Below are positions 13,471-25,341 of a DNA stretch of 64,000 bases, piece by piece. The position numbers were made by a program, and so were the translations under genes. How positions within the stretch are numbered: the first letter of the stretch is position 1; every line of letters starts with the position of its first letter. This DNA comes from Octopus sinensis (Eukaryota), in NCBI RefSeq assembly GCF_006345805.1, contig NC_043006.1, positions 15,996,001-16,060,000 on the forward strand, read 5' to 3'. The notes beneath the pieces are model-generated. The model was given only the letters and a program-made list of their open reading frames with translations, was not told where the DNA came from and made no database searches.

Positions 13471-13612
13471 CACTTATATATTGTTTATTCATTTTTGTAC
13501 TTTTTGTGATCTAGTTATATGTTTTAAAAAATGTTTTTTATTTTTTATTTATTATTTGGTTTATGTCTGTCATTGTGTGAATTGCATAATAGTGATTTTT
13601 CTCTAATTTATA

Positions 13613-13672
<60 letters not shown>

Positions 13673-13705
13673 AATATATATATATATAATATATATATAT
13701 ATATA

Positions 13706-13757
<52 letters not shown>

Positions 13758-13759
<2 letters not shown>

Positions 13760-13926
13760 CGTAGAGTGGCTGTGTGGTAAGTTGCTTGCTAACCACCACA
13801 TGGTTCCGGGTTCAGTCCCACTGCGTGGCATCTTGGGCAAGTGTCTTCTGCTATAGCCCCGGGCCGACCAATGCCTTGTGAGTGGATTTGGTAGACGGAA
13901 ACTGAAAGAAGCCTGTCGTATATATG

Positions 13927-13959
<33 letters not shown>

Positions 13960-14169
13960 TTGTGTGTCTGTGTTTGTCCCCCTAGCATTGCTTGACAACC
14001 GATGCTGGTGTCTTTACGTCCCCGTCACCTAGCGGTTCGGCAAAAGAGACCGATAAAATAAGTACTGGGCTTATAAAGAATAAGTCCCGGGGTCGTTTTG
14101 CTCGACCAAAGGCGGTGCTCCAGCATGGCCGCAGTCAAATGACTGAAACAAGTAAAAGAGTAAAGAGAG
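13758..14169 (+). mobile_element. tRNA-derived CORE-type SINE, family B, with internal TA/GT microsatellite
   Basis: GTGGCTGTGTGGTAAG and GGGTTCAGTCCC boxes, CTTGGGCAAGTG core, 3' GGCGGTGCTCCAGCATGGCCGCAG...GTAAAAGAG tail. Confidence 0.9.
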
Positions 14170-14189
14170 TATATATATATATATATATA

Positions 14190-14354
14190 TACGACGGGCT
14201 TCTTTCAATTTCCGTCTACCAAATCCACTCACAAGGCTTTGGTCGGCCCGAGGCTATAGTAGAAGACACTTGCCCAAGATGCCACGCAGCAGGACTGAAC
14301 CCGGAACCATGTGGTTCGTAAGCAAGCTACTTTCCACACAGCCACTCCTACGCC
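14190..14354 (-). mobile_element. SINE family B, 5' half
   Basis: Reverse complement of 13758-13921. Confidence 0.85.
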
Positions 14355-14788
14355 TATTTATATAAAGATGTAACTTAAATATCTCCCATATTTGACACAG
14401 TCATTCTTGTGTTACCAGTGAAATAATGCAGATAGCAATGGTCTCTTTGCTTAGCTAAAGTTTCATCGTTTTTATTTTTGTATTCAGCATTATTGTTTGA
14501 ACCGGTGTACATCGTGTATTTGCTTTCGAACCGTCTCTCAAGACTAGCGAACCTGAGGATTTTTACCGCATTTTGTATGAGCGTATGAAACATTAACCAC
14601 TCGGCTTATTAATGGAATAAATGTAGTTTTAAACACTTTCTTGTCTAGAATTTAAACTGAAATTAATTTTTTTTAATACAATGGAATGTTATTGCATTTA
14701 CTATTAAATTGTCTTTGTCGACCAGCGTACAATAATAATTAATACATTTTTAAAACAACAGATATACATGGCGAACTAAATGAAACCT

Positions 14789-14988
14789 CTATACGGTGAC
14801 CCGCTAGAAAGAGCAACCAAATTTCTCTACAAGATCTCCGCATTAAATTAAAAGGAAAAGGAATGATGTAGCAGGAGATAATCTAAAGCTATATGGTGAC
14901 CCTCTAGAAATAGCAGCCAAATTTCTCTACAAGATCTCTGCATTAAATTAAAAGGAAAGGGAATGATATAGCTGAAAATAATCTAAAG
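14789..14988. repeat. ~100-bp tandem duplication
   Basis: CTATA(C/T)GGTGACCC..TAGAAA..GCA.CCAAATTTCTCTACAAGATCTC...ATAATCTAAAG occurs twice. Confidence 0.85.
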
Positions 14989-15204
14989 GCGAAATAACGT
15001 GATGATCAAAGTTAAATTGCTCTTGAATATAGTTTACTTGACCAGGCATGACGCAGGTTATGCATGACTTCCCCAACAAGAAACGTACCGTTTATTACAA
15101 AAATTAGTACAAGATGCAAGAAAATAACATACTTGAAAAATATATAATAACACACAATAATACACATCGAGTAATATTATATAATAGTTAATATTACAGG
15201 CTAC

Positions 15205-15855
15205 AAAGAGGCTGGCAAAGTCGTTACCGCGCCGGTTAAAACGCTTAACGGCATTTCTTCTGTCTCCGTGCTCTGAGTTCAAATGCCGTCATCCTTTCGG
15301 AATCGATAAAATAAATACCAGCTGAGTACTTGAGTCGATGCAACTACCTCCCCTGTAACCTCTCACCCACCACGAAATTGCTGGCCTTGTGCCAAAATTT
15401 GAAACTAACATTATATACTAACACAAGGTGGCGAGCTGGCAGAAACGTTAAGCGCGCCGGGCAAAATGCTTCGCAATATTTTGTCTGCCGTTACATTGTG
15501 AGTTCAAATTCCGCCGTGGTCGACTTTGCTTTTCATCCTTCCGGGGTCGATAAATTAAGGACCAGTTACGTACTGGGGTCGATATAATCGACTTAATCCC
15601 TTTGTCTGTCCTTGTTTGTCCCCTCTATGTTTAGCCCCTTGTGGGCAATAAAGTAATAAGAAGCGTTAGCACTTCGGGAAAAATGCTTAACAGCATTTCG
15701 CCCGTCTCTACGTTCTGAGTTCAAATTCCACCGAGGTCAACTTTGCCGTTCACCTTTTGGGGTCGATTAAATAAGTACCAGCTGAACACTGGGGTCGACA
15801 TAACAGACTTAGCCCTTCCCACGATATTGCTGGTCTTGTGCCAAAATTTGAAATT
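15205..15855 (+). mobile_element. Cluster of SINE family A copies (decayed monomer plus dimer)
   Basis: Repeated GAGTTCAAATT B box and GGGGTCGAT cores. Confidence 0.8.
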
Positions 15856-16334
15856 AATATTACATACTAAAACTTAATACGAAACAATACTTTATCATAA
15901 TGCACACAGAACACAATACAATATGTTACAATACCAAGGTTACACAGAATCACAGCCATTTGTTCATTACAGTCAAAGGCTAAGAGAGCAGAATCAGCTT
16001 TATAGCAGACTTGAGGATATGCGCACTCGACTGAATCTATCGTATCCACCAGAAATGAAGCAAAATAGCCGAGTTCTGGAGACAGTAGCTCTAGTGAACC
16101 CCGCTCAGTCTACACAATCGGGGCTGACTCTGAGTTAAACCACAGCAATAACGACAACCTAAATATCAGTCTGGTTAATCATATGTTTACTTCCCCAGTG
16201 TTGATGTCCTATAACAAGCAGAGCAAAGAAGTATGACATACGTGGTTCCGCTAGCTGTTACAGCTTTAACATGGGAAATAATCACTCTGTTTTAGACGAG
16301 CAGACAGAATCTTTATTATAATAATAATAATAAC

Positions 16335-16398
<64 letters not shown>

Positions 16399-16399
<1 letters not shown>

Positions 16400-16885
16400 G
16401 ATAATAAACCAGATATTGTTGTGAAAGACCAAAACAATAAAGTTTGCTTATTGATCGACATGATCATATCTCAGCGAAAGAGTTTGACAAGCTCAGAAAA
16501 TATAAAGACCTACTCATTGAAATTGAGAAAATGTGGCATCTCAAGGCGGTTACAATACCAGTGATCGTAGGAGCACAAGGAATGATCAAGAAGGGAACCG
16601 AAAATTATATGAGAATGATCCCTGGCTTACCATCCCTGCAAGAAGTGCAAAAGATTGTCTTAACTGGTACATCACACGTATTGAGAAGAGCATTGTCGAT
16701 GTGAGAACTGTTGCGGCTCATGTATTTTAATTTAACTTAAAAAAAAAATAATAAAAAATAAAAAATGAACGAACTATTGAGTTTGGTTTAATGGCCTACC
16801 AATGTATACTATGAGTTTCTTTGCCCTAGGAGTCGGGAAGACACTCGGCAAGAAATGGAAGCAAATTTGAAAGAAGAAAAAAAAA
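16399..16885 (+). mobile_element. 3' end of an R4/Dong-clade LINE (restriction-like endonuclease) inside (TAA)n
   Basis: NKPDIVVKD..CLLID (PD..D motif) then KE..K..KYKDL.IEIEKMW...IPVIVGA; (TAA)n at 16316-16398 and 16886-16905. Confidence 0.85.
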
Positions 16886-16889
16886 GTAA

Positions 16890-17258
16890 TATTAATAATA
16901 ATAATGAAATTATTGTATACAGTGCCCAGGTGCACCACAACTTGTCAAAAGTGCGTATAAAGCATATGCAGTAATGTACAAATGTCTGGAAAGCGAACAG
17001 TGTATGAGTCAGATACATGCTTGCATGTGTATGGAGGGGAGAAAATCAGGTGTAGTGTTGGCGAATCTCAGGAAGCATGGAAGTTTTGAAGGATGCAGTG
17101 CTCCGACAACTAACAACTGATGCCGGCAGTCTGTTCCATGCTTCAGCAACTCTTAGCGTGAAACAATGTTTCCGAAAGTCATGGAAGCTGTGCTGTTTTC
17201 TGACTGAAAACATGTCCACGGGTATTAGACAGATGGAGTTTGAAAAGGTGCTCAGAGT
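16890..17258 (-). mobile_element. 3' end of a CR1/L2-type LINE
   Basis: NTRGH...FRKHCFTLRVAEAWNRLPASVV..SFK C-terminal motif; (ATT)n tail. Confidence 0.8.
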
Positions 17259-17259
17259 T

Positions 17260-17698
17260 ATAGCGCCGAACAAAATGCTTAGCGGCATTCTGTCTATCTT
17301 CTAAGTTCAAATTCCACCGAGGTCGACTTTGCCTGTCATGCTTTCGGGGTCGATAAAATAAGTACCAGTAGAATACTAGATTCGATGTAATGGATTTAAC
17401 CCTTTCCACCGAAATTGCTGGCTTTGTATCAAAATTTGAAATCAATATAAGGGAGGATTATAAATTTAAAATTGAAATTAAGGAACTAATATATATTTCT
17501 TTATTGCCCACAAGGGGCTAAACACAGAGGGACAAACAAGGACAGATTAAATCGATCCCAGTGCGAAACTGGTACTTTATTTATCGACCCCGAAAGGAGG
17601 AAAGGCAAAGTCGACCTCGGTGGAATTTGAACTCCGAACGTAACGGTAGACGAAATGCGGCTACGTATTTCACCCGGCGTGCTACCGTTTCTGCCAGC
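17260..17698. mobile_element. Two SINE family A copies (17260-17445 +, 17495-17698 -)
   Basis: Family A core in opposite orientations. Confidence 0.8.
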
Positions 17699-18887
17699 AC
17701 AGGCGATTATAATTCTGCTTAGGTTTCTTCATAACAGCTCACATAGTAAAGAATAGTTCCTCCTACATTCATAGACCAATGCCTCATAACATACGTGATA
17801 TTATCGCAAATGTCCGCCAGTTTCAGTGGTTAAAAAATTCATCAATCTTATAACAGTCTTTCGGGGATTTCCTACAGCTCTACTCATATAGTTTCCTTTA
17901 TTGCGAAGCAGATCTTCTTTGACATTTATTATTCTGTAAACCCACACATATTTATCGATCTAACATTTACTTTGACATGTCTCAGGCACACAGGCCTATC
18001 GATCTTTTGCTTTCACCACCTCGCGTTTCTTAAATGTTTTTATATGCTTATTGACTTACACGATATCGAAATTCATTTGCCTGGGGATTACTTGAATCAT
18101 AATTTAGATTGAGTAAATTCGAAAGTTCGAGAATCAGAAACATTTTTGATTTGATTTTTAAAAAGACAAAGAAGAGAAACAGACAAAACTGAAATCATTC
18201 ATTATTGTTAAGGATTTAATTTAATCTCAAACGTTTAATGAATCGCCCAAGTTTCGTGTGAGAATATTAAAATGAATATAAAGTCAATATTTACATACAT
18301 GTGTGCGTGTCTGTGTGTATATGTATATGTATGTGTGGGTGTGTGGGTGTGGGTGTACTTGCATTAACAGTGTGCAATGAAAGACAAGTTAGAACATCAG
18401 GTGTTGTAGAAAAGGAAAAAGAGATGGAATATAAAATATAAAACAAATTGTTTATAGGTGACTCGAAAATATGACTAAGGCTGATAATTGGATCAACTTA
18501 GTGGCAAAGTAAACCATGATTATGGGTCATAGAGCGATTTTTCTTTTTCTAATCTTGCAATGTAGTATTTAATTACACAGTATGTATGTATGTATGTATG
18601 TAGTATGTATGTATGTATGTATGTATGTATGTATGTATGTGTGTGTGTATGTATGTATGTATGTATGTATTCACAGAATCCATCAAAAAATGTATATACA
18701 GTTATGGAAAGGGAAAAAAATCAATATAAATATTTTAATTTAGTGTCATTGCAATCTATTCGGTGTTATCACAATTTGATAAAACAACGAAGAGGTATCT
18801 ATATTTATAGGGCGACTTATACAAGTTAAATATTTATAGACTTTTCCTTTCCTGAAGAGTGTATACATTTATTTTTTGCGATCTCTG

Positions 18888-18978
<91 letters not shown>

Positions 18979-19096
18979 AATCAAGGAACGGCCATAATAG
19001 GCCATTCACCCACTAGAAATAACAGCCAAAAGCTTTAACCGCAAAATAACATCAATTCCGTAAACCAGGAGAAAATTAAAAAACATTTACCCTGTA

Positions 19097-19202
19097 ATTT
19101 CTTATACGATGCACCGTTTCGTTACTGTTTAATGGTAAACTAACCTGATTAAATTAAATCAAGCCAATCTACCATAGGCCCTTAGATTCATCAGTAAGAA
19201 AT
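19097..19202 (-). ncRNA. Type I hammerhead ribozyme motif (unit 1)
   Basis: AUUUCUUA-CUGAUGA-long stem II-GAAA-CGGUGCAUCG-UA^UAAGAAAU; 1-nt deletion in stem II versus the other units. Confidence 0.75.
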
Positions 19203-19585
19203 AGCCAAGTCGGAACAGATATTTTTCACGAGGCATTCCCGTCCCTGCCTCGGCAATATCTGACCTAAAATTTTCAAATCATCGCACTCGCGCCAAATTT
19301 ATCGGCAGCAAATAAATATAAGCCGCCGATTCCATTACGGAATTAACCAGAAAATTCATAATTAATCAATATAGGGTGGCAAAAAAATTTTGTAGAATTT
19401 TTTTGCCACCAGCGGCCTAGTGGGAAAAAATTAAATAGTCATAGACCATTTTTCAGTTCAACATCACAATCAAGGAACGGCCATAATAGGCCATTCACCC
19501 ACTAGAAATAACAGCCAAAAGCTTTAACCGCAAAATAACATCAATTCCGTAAACCAGGAGAAAATTAAAAAACATTTACCCTGTA

Positions 19586-19691
19586 ATTTCTTATACGATG
19601 CACCGTTTCGTCTACTGTTTAATGGTAAACTAACCTGATTAAATTAAATCAAGCCAATCTACCATAGGCCTTAGATTCATCAGTAAGAAAT
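19586..19691 (-). ncRNA. Type I hammerhead ribozyme motif (unit 2)
   Basis: 8-bp stem I AUUUCUUA/UAAGAAAU, CUGAUGA, A-UCUA...UAGA-C, GAAA, near-palindromic stem III, GUA cleavage triplet. Confidence 0.82.
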
Positions 19692-20074
19692 AGCCAAGTC
19701 GGAACAGATATTTTTCACGAGGCATTCCCGTCCCTGCCTCGGCAATATCTGACCTAAAATTTTCAAATCATCGCACTCGCGCCAAATTTATCGGCAGCAA
19801 ATAAATATAAGCCGTCGATTCCATTACGGAATTAACCAGAAAATTCATAATTAATCAATATAGGGTGGCAAAAAAAATTTTGTAGAATTTTTTTGCCACC
19901 AGCGGCCTAGTGGGAAAAAATTAAATAGTCATAGACCATTTTTAAGTTCAACATCAACAATCAAGGAACGGCCATAATAGGCCATTCACCCACTAGAAAT
20001 AACAGCCAAAAGCTTTAACCGCAAAATAACATCAATTCCGTAAACCAGGAGAAAATTAAAAACATTACCCTGTA

Positions 20075-20181
20075 ATTTCTTATACGATGCACCGTTTCGT
20101 CTACTGTTTAATGGTAAACTAACCTGATTAAATTAAATCAAGCCAATCTACTATAGGCCCTTAGATTCATCAGTAAGAAAT
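20075..20181 (-). ncRNA. Type I hammerhead ribozyme motif (unit 3)
   Basis: Same core and helices as unit 2. Confidence 0.82.
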
Positions 20182-20409
20182 AGCCAAGTCGGAACAGATA
20201 TTTTTCACGAGGCATTCCCGTCCCTGCCTCGGCAATATCTGACCTAAAATTTTCAAATCATCGCACTCGCGCCAAATTTATCGGCAGCAAATAAATATAA
20301 GCCGCCGATAAATTTGGCGCGAGTGCGATGATTTGAAAATTTTAGGTCAGATATTGCCGAGGCAGGGACGGGAATGCCTCGTGAAAAATATCTGTTCCGA
20401 CTTGGCTAT

Positions 20410-20510
20410 TTCTTACTGATGAATCTAAGGCCTATGGTAGATTGGCTTGATTTAATTTAATCAGGTTAGTTACCATTAAACAGTAGACGAAACGGTGCAT
20501 CGTATAAGAA
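20410..20510 (+). ncRNA. Type I hammerhead ribozyme motif (inverted arm)
   Basis: TTCTTA CTGATGA (20416-20422) ATCTA...TAGAC GAAA (20489-20492) CGGTGCATCG TA^TAAGAA; predicted cut after 20504. Confidence 0.8.
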
Positions 20511-20766
20511 TTACAGGGTAAATGTTTTTTAATTTTTCCTGGTTTACGGAAATGATGTTATTTTTTGCGGTTAAAGCTTTTGGCTGTTATTTCTAGTGGG
20601 TGAATGGCCTATTATGGCCGTTCCTTGATTGTGATGTTGAACTTAAAAATGGTCTATGACTATTTAATTTTTTCCCACTAGGCCGCTGGGGCAAAAAAAT
20701 TCTACAAAATTTTTTTGCCACCCTATATGATTAATTATATATATATATATATAATATATATATTAT

Positions 20767-20800
<34 letters not shown>

Positions 20801-22220
20801 ATATATATATCATTTATATACAGAGTATTTAATATGTGTACAACGGTGGGTGTTGGGTGATATGTCGGGTTATCAATTATTTAGTTGCGAGGCGTAGACA
20901 GAATGCTAGAAGTAATATACACTCGTAATGGCGTCCGGCATGCATGTTGAAGATACCGACATTTCACTAACATCACATCACCGCTACAAGAGAGTACAAA
21001 TAGGATAAGAAAATGTGTTTTTGATAACAAGGTGAAGATATCAGTGGAAGCGAAATTAAGAAGTCATGTTTATCTTAAGAATATTATTTCGTTTCTTCAT
21101 TCTGGGTTGAGTGTATTCTCTCTTTGACAAAGGTTTGAATATTACTTCATAAGGTATATACAGATAAAGCTTTAGCTAATTCATTTTCCTTATAATAATA
21201 CGATGAGAGTTCGTACAGATAAATATCAAGAGGAGGATTGGATTTAACACCAATCGTTTATTTACAGAAAGTCAAAATATATAATATGAATTTATTACAA
21301 TACCACCATGACTGATATCCAATCTACAGTGGAGAAGGCTAGCCACTGGATTTGGTTAAAAAGAGACGATGAGCGATGGCTAGAAGGATATTGAGCTTTA
21401 TTTGATAACCAGCTGATCTAGCAAGCGGGGCCTCATATCAGTGAGGGGGGCCGGTGCGCATTGATGCCGTCGAGAAGTAGGCCCCGAAACGGCGCGCATT
21501 CTCTCCTGATGACCATACACTTGCTAGCTTCCGGTATACGGAGCTTTTAACTGGTAGCACTTGCATGTGCAAGTTGTTTGCAAGACATCTAATATTAATA
21601 GGAAAAACTGTAGTACTTAGCATAAAAAAGAAAAAAATATTTTTTCAAAGGAGTCTGTCGCTAGAATGACGACAGGAAGAGTTTTCGTAACTACTTCCTC
21701 AAAACTACTCTAAAAAGATTGAGAAGGGCATGACATAAGATGATGAACGATGAACGATGCCAAATAGCATCGCCAGAATGAGTGCCAAGTCCCCATGTGG
21801 CACACCGAGTGTCACTGAATAATTTCACAAAAATCAGGGATTCTATAACTGCCGTAGACCCGATTCTAAGGACCTTTCCTCATGGAAAAGAAACTTTTCA
21901 CGAAGATTTGACTCGACGTGTGGACAGTCAAATCGACCAAAAAAAAAAGCGTAAGACATTTATAAACAAAAGACAGCCGACACGACTATGACGTCATGAT
22001 ACTGCTAAAGTCTTATAACCGCTACATATAGTGTCATGCCACTATTTATTACATGAATTTTATGTTTCAAAACGTTGCTTACTTTTTGCTCAGCCTGATA
22101 TATATATGAATATAATCAAAAGGGTAATAATATAGATTACTGCCAGTGGCCCAGCACAAAGGACGAATTAGTCATTAGACAAAATATTATTCATATAGAA
22201 AAATATTATTCATGTAGAAA

Positions 22221-22526
22221 TATAATTAAGGGCTCCTAAATAAGGAAAGATTTTGCGTCTGCGCAGAGATTTGAAAAGTTAAGATCTGCAAGTTGTTTAG
22301 ATCAACACATGGTCTAACGCGTTGTGCATCTCGATTTAACTCAGGCGTCTCGCTGATGAAACCGGCCTTAGCAAACATATTCTGTCTGTTTTGCTAGAAA
22401 GCGGTAGAAACTGATATCAGTCCGGGATGTACCGTTATTGGTAAATGTTTTTGATTTTCACTCTCGATAAATTTATCCCTTTTTTGTGTCCCTAGCACTT
22501 GGCATCCTTATTTAGGAGCCCTTAAT

Positions 22527-22530
<4 letters not shown>
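22221..22530 (+). mobile_element. 310-bp hammerhead-bearing element with 26-bp inverted ends
   Basis: TATAATTAAGGGCTCCTAAATAAGGA (22221-22246) and its exact reverse complement (22505-22530); runs into (TA)n. Confidence 0.75.
22345..22430 (+). ncRNA. Type I hammerhead ribozyme motif
   Basis: Stem I GCGUCUCG/CGGGAUGU, CUGAUGA (22353-22359), stem II ACCG/CGGU enclosing hairpin UUAGCAAA/UUUGCUAG, GAAA, perfect palindrome ACUGAUAUCAGU, GUC cleavage after 22422. Confidence 0.82.
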
Positions 22531-22591
<61 letters not shown>

Positions 22592-22866
22592 ACCTTTTGT
22601 GTGTATGTGCCTTTGTGTCTGCTTTTATCCCTCAATCATCGTTGTAACCGATGTGGTGTGTTTACGTCCCTGTAAGTTTCCGCTATAATAAGTACTAGGC
22701 TTACAAAGAATAATGCCTCGGATCTATTTCTTCAACTAAAACCCTTTACGGCGATGTTGCAGCATGGCCACAGGCAATTGACTGAAACAAGTAAAGGAAT
22801 AAAAGAATATGTGTGTGTGAGAGGGTATACATACATACATACACACATATATATATATATGTATAT

Positions 22867-23266
22867 GTGGCTGTGTGGTAAGTAGCTTGTTTACCAATCG
22901 CATGGTTCCGGGTTCAGTCCCACTGCGTGGCACCTTGGGCAAGTGTCTTCTACTATAGCCTCGGGCCGACCAAAGTCTTGTGAGTGGATTTGGTAGACGG
23001 AAACTGAAAGAAGCCTGTCGTATATATGTATATATATGTATATGTATGTGTGTGTTTGTGTGTCTGTGTTTGTCCCCCTAGCATTGCTTGACAACCGATG
23101 CTGGTGTGTTTACGTCCCCGTTACTTAGCGGTTCGGCAAAAGAGACCGATAGAATAAGTACTGGGCTTACAAAGAATAAGTCCCGGGGTCGATTTGCTCG
23201 ACTAAAGGCGGTGCTCCAGCATGGCCGCAGTCAAATGACTGAAACAAGTAAAAGAGTAAAGAGTAT
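22867..23266 (+). mobile_element. SINE family B, near full length (decayed 3' half also at ~22590-22810)
   Basis: Matches 13758-14169. Confidence 0.9.
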
Positions 23267-23337
23267 AAAGGGCGGGGGTCACCCTGTATATATATATATA
23301 TATGGGGGGTTATGTGGATGTGTGTGTGTGTGTGTTG

Positions 23338-23374
23338 ACAGACAGACAGATAAATAGATAGATAGATAGCTAGA

Positions 23375-23428
<54 letters not shown>

Positions 23429-23471
23429 GATAGATAGATAGATAGATAGATAGATAGACAGACAGATGGAT

Positions 23472-23512
<41 letters not shown>

Positions 23513-23635
23513 CATACATACATACATACATACATACGTACATACATACATACATACGTACATACATACATACATACATACATACATACATACATACATA
23601 CATACATACATACATACATACATACATACATACAT
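23338..23635. repeat. (GACA)/(GATA)/(TACA)n compound microsatellite
   Basis: Direct inspection. Confidence 0.95.
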
Positions 23636-24063
23636 GGATAGATCGCTTTGAAATATTTGACATAAAGTAACTTAATTAGCGCAGTCTGAAATATCTCAGG
23701 TCAATATATTTGTTAGATATCTACAAAACACTTGAGAGCATTTCATTCCTCCATACGCACATGAGATCACGGAAATGAAATCGTATTACGCTGGTGTCTT
23801 CCTCTGAGAAATTGAACTCCAAATGAAATAGTTTTCAAAACACAATTGACAGAAGGCCGCAGAAGCGATTCGCCCCGAGCTCAACACTTATGCCTTAGTG
23901 ATCGTGTGAGGATACTTGTAAATATCGGTACTTCATGGCTTCTTCTAAATCCAATGAACATCACTCACCTCAACATTCATTTCCCAAGAGGGTTTCAAAT
24001 TGAAATTTATTTTAGTAGAAATCATTATATGAACATTGTGTGTGTAGATATGTGTATTGTGTA

Positions 24064-24109
<46 letters not shown>

Positions 24110-24398
24110 ATATATATATGTATGTATGTATGTATCTATGTATCTATGTATTTATATATATGTATATATTCATATATACATATGTATATGTATACATATA
24201 AGTGTGTGTATGTATATATGTATATATAAATTTATATGTATATATATATATATATATACATATATAAACACATATATATACATATACAAGTATATATACG
24301 TATATATATATATGCATATATATACGTATATATACATATATACATATATATATGCATATATATGTATGTATGTAAATATATAGACACAAATACATATA

Positions 24399-24430
<32 letters not shown>

Positions 24431-24434
<4 letters not shown>

Positions 24435-24650
24435 AAGTTAATCCAAACATGAAAACACAAAGAGAAAACACAACAACGCGATGACGTTGAACAAGTATAG
24501 TATTATTGGACGCTCAGGAAAGGAAAGAAAGAAGGAACGTTTAACGTTTCGTGCGGAGGCTCTTCGTCAGAATCATAGGTAAGGAAGATCCAAGGAGGGA
24601 GACGGAAGAAAAAATCGCCAACGATACCCACGCGGTCACATATTGAATAT
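24431..24650 (-). mobile_element. Solo PLE terminal-repeat-like fragment with a decayed minimal hammerhead
   Basis: Minus strand TT CTGACGA AGAGCCTCCGCAC GAAACGTT AAAC (24539-24575); shares TTCCTGAGCG..A..AATAC with 53548-53570; (TA)n on both sides. Confidence 0.65.
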
Positions 24651-24658
24651 ATAATATA

Positions 24659-24722
<64 letters not shown>

Positions 24723-24734
24723 ATTAATATATAT

Positions 24735-24765
<31 letters not shown>

Positions 24766-25097
24766 GTATATATACATATATACATACATTATATGTATGG
24801 TTATTGGTGTGTTCGTGCATGAGGGTGTCTTCTGTCTGTACGTGCGCGTGTATGTATGTTTTTTTTCTTTCCTTGAAGGAATACGTGTAACCAAATAGAA
24901 CATCGTTTGCATCACTGGGTTTTGGATAAAAACGACGGTTGTTCTTATATATCGGTGTTTAAGAAACTCTTACACACTTTTACCGTTACCCATACAAGTT
25001 GTATGTGTACAGTTCGTGCTATCCAGTGTCGTTCATTGATATGTTTTAAGCAGTTACTATCATAACATTCTGTACCGATGATTACCGGAAGGAAAAT

Positions 25098-25130
<33 letters not shown>

Positions 25131-25298
25131 ATCAAAATAAGCAACAAGGATATCCAGAGGTAATGCATTACGTCTGGATATACTTGTTGCTTACTTTGAT
25201 TGTAATCACCCCTTTTTGATTTATATGGATAATACCATACAAAATTCTGGTGACTTTAACTTAAGTACCATATTTAACTGAATCTAAACTTTACTGAA

Positions 25299-25301
<3 letters not shown>
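25131..25301 (+). mobile_element. Fragment of the 44953-45511 family with a 70-bp fold-back 5' end
   Basis: Palindrome 25131-25200 centred on TAATGCATTA; remainder is the reverse complement of 44957-45055; (TA)n flanks. Confidence 0.75.

Positions 25302-25340
<39 letters not shown>

Positions 25341-25341
<1 letters not shown>

Larger units (their letters stand above)
18974..20737 (-). mobile_element. Retrozyme-like / PLE-derived element: ~490-bp unit x2.7 plus a fold-back copy, inside (TA)n
   Basis: Units start at 18974, 19463 and 19953; inverted arm 20304-20737; (TA)n on both flanks; one hammerhead motif per unit. Confidence 0.85.

Noticed and set aside
18974-20309. CRISPR-like or satellite interpretation of the tandem array
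   Set aside because: No repeat-spacer structure; eukaryotic context; few long units, each with a ribozyme motif
21475-21515. GAAAC...CTGATGA in a GC-richer patch
   Set aside because: No supporting helices; 21200-22000 may be an old retroelement but no motif is secure
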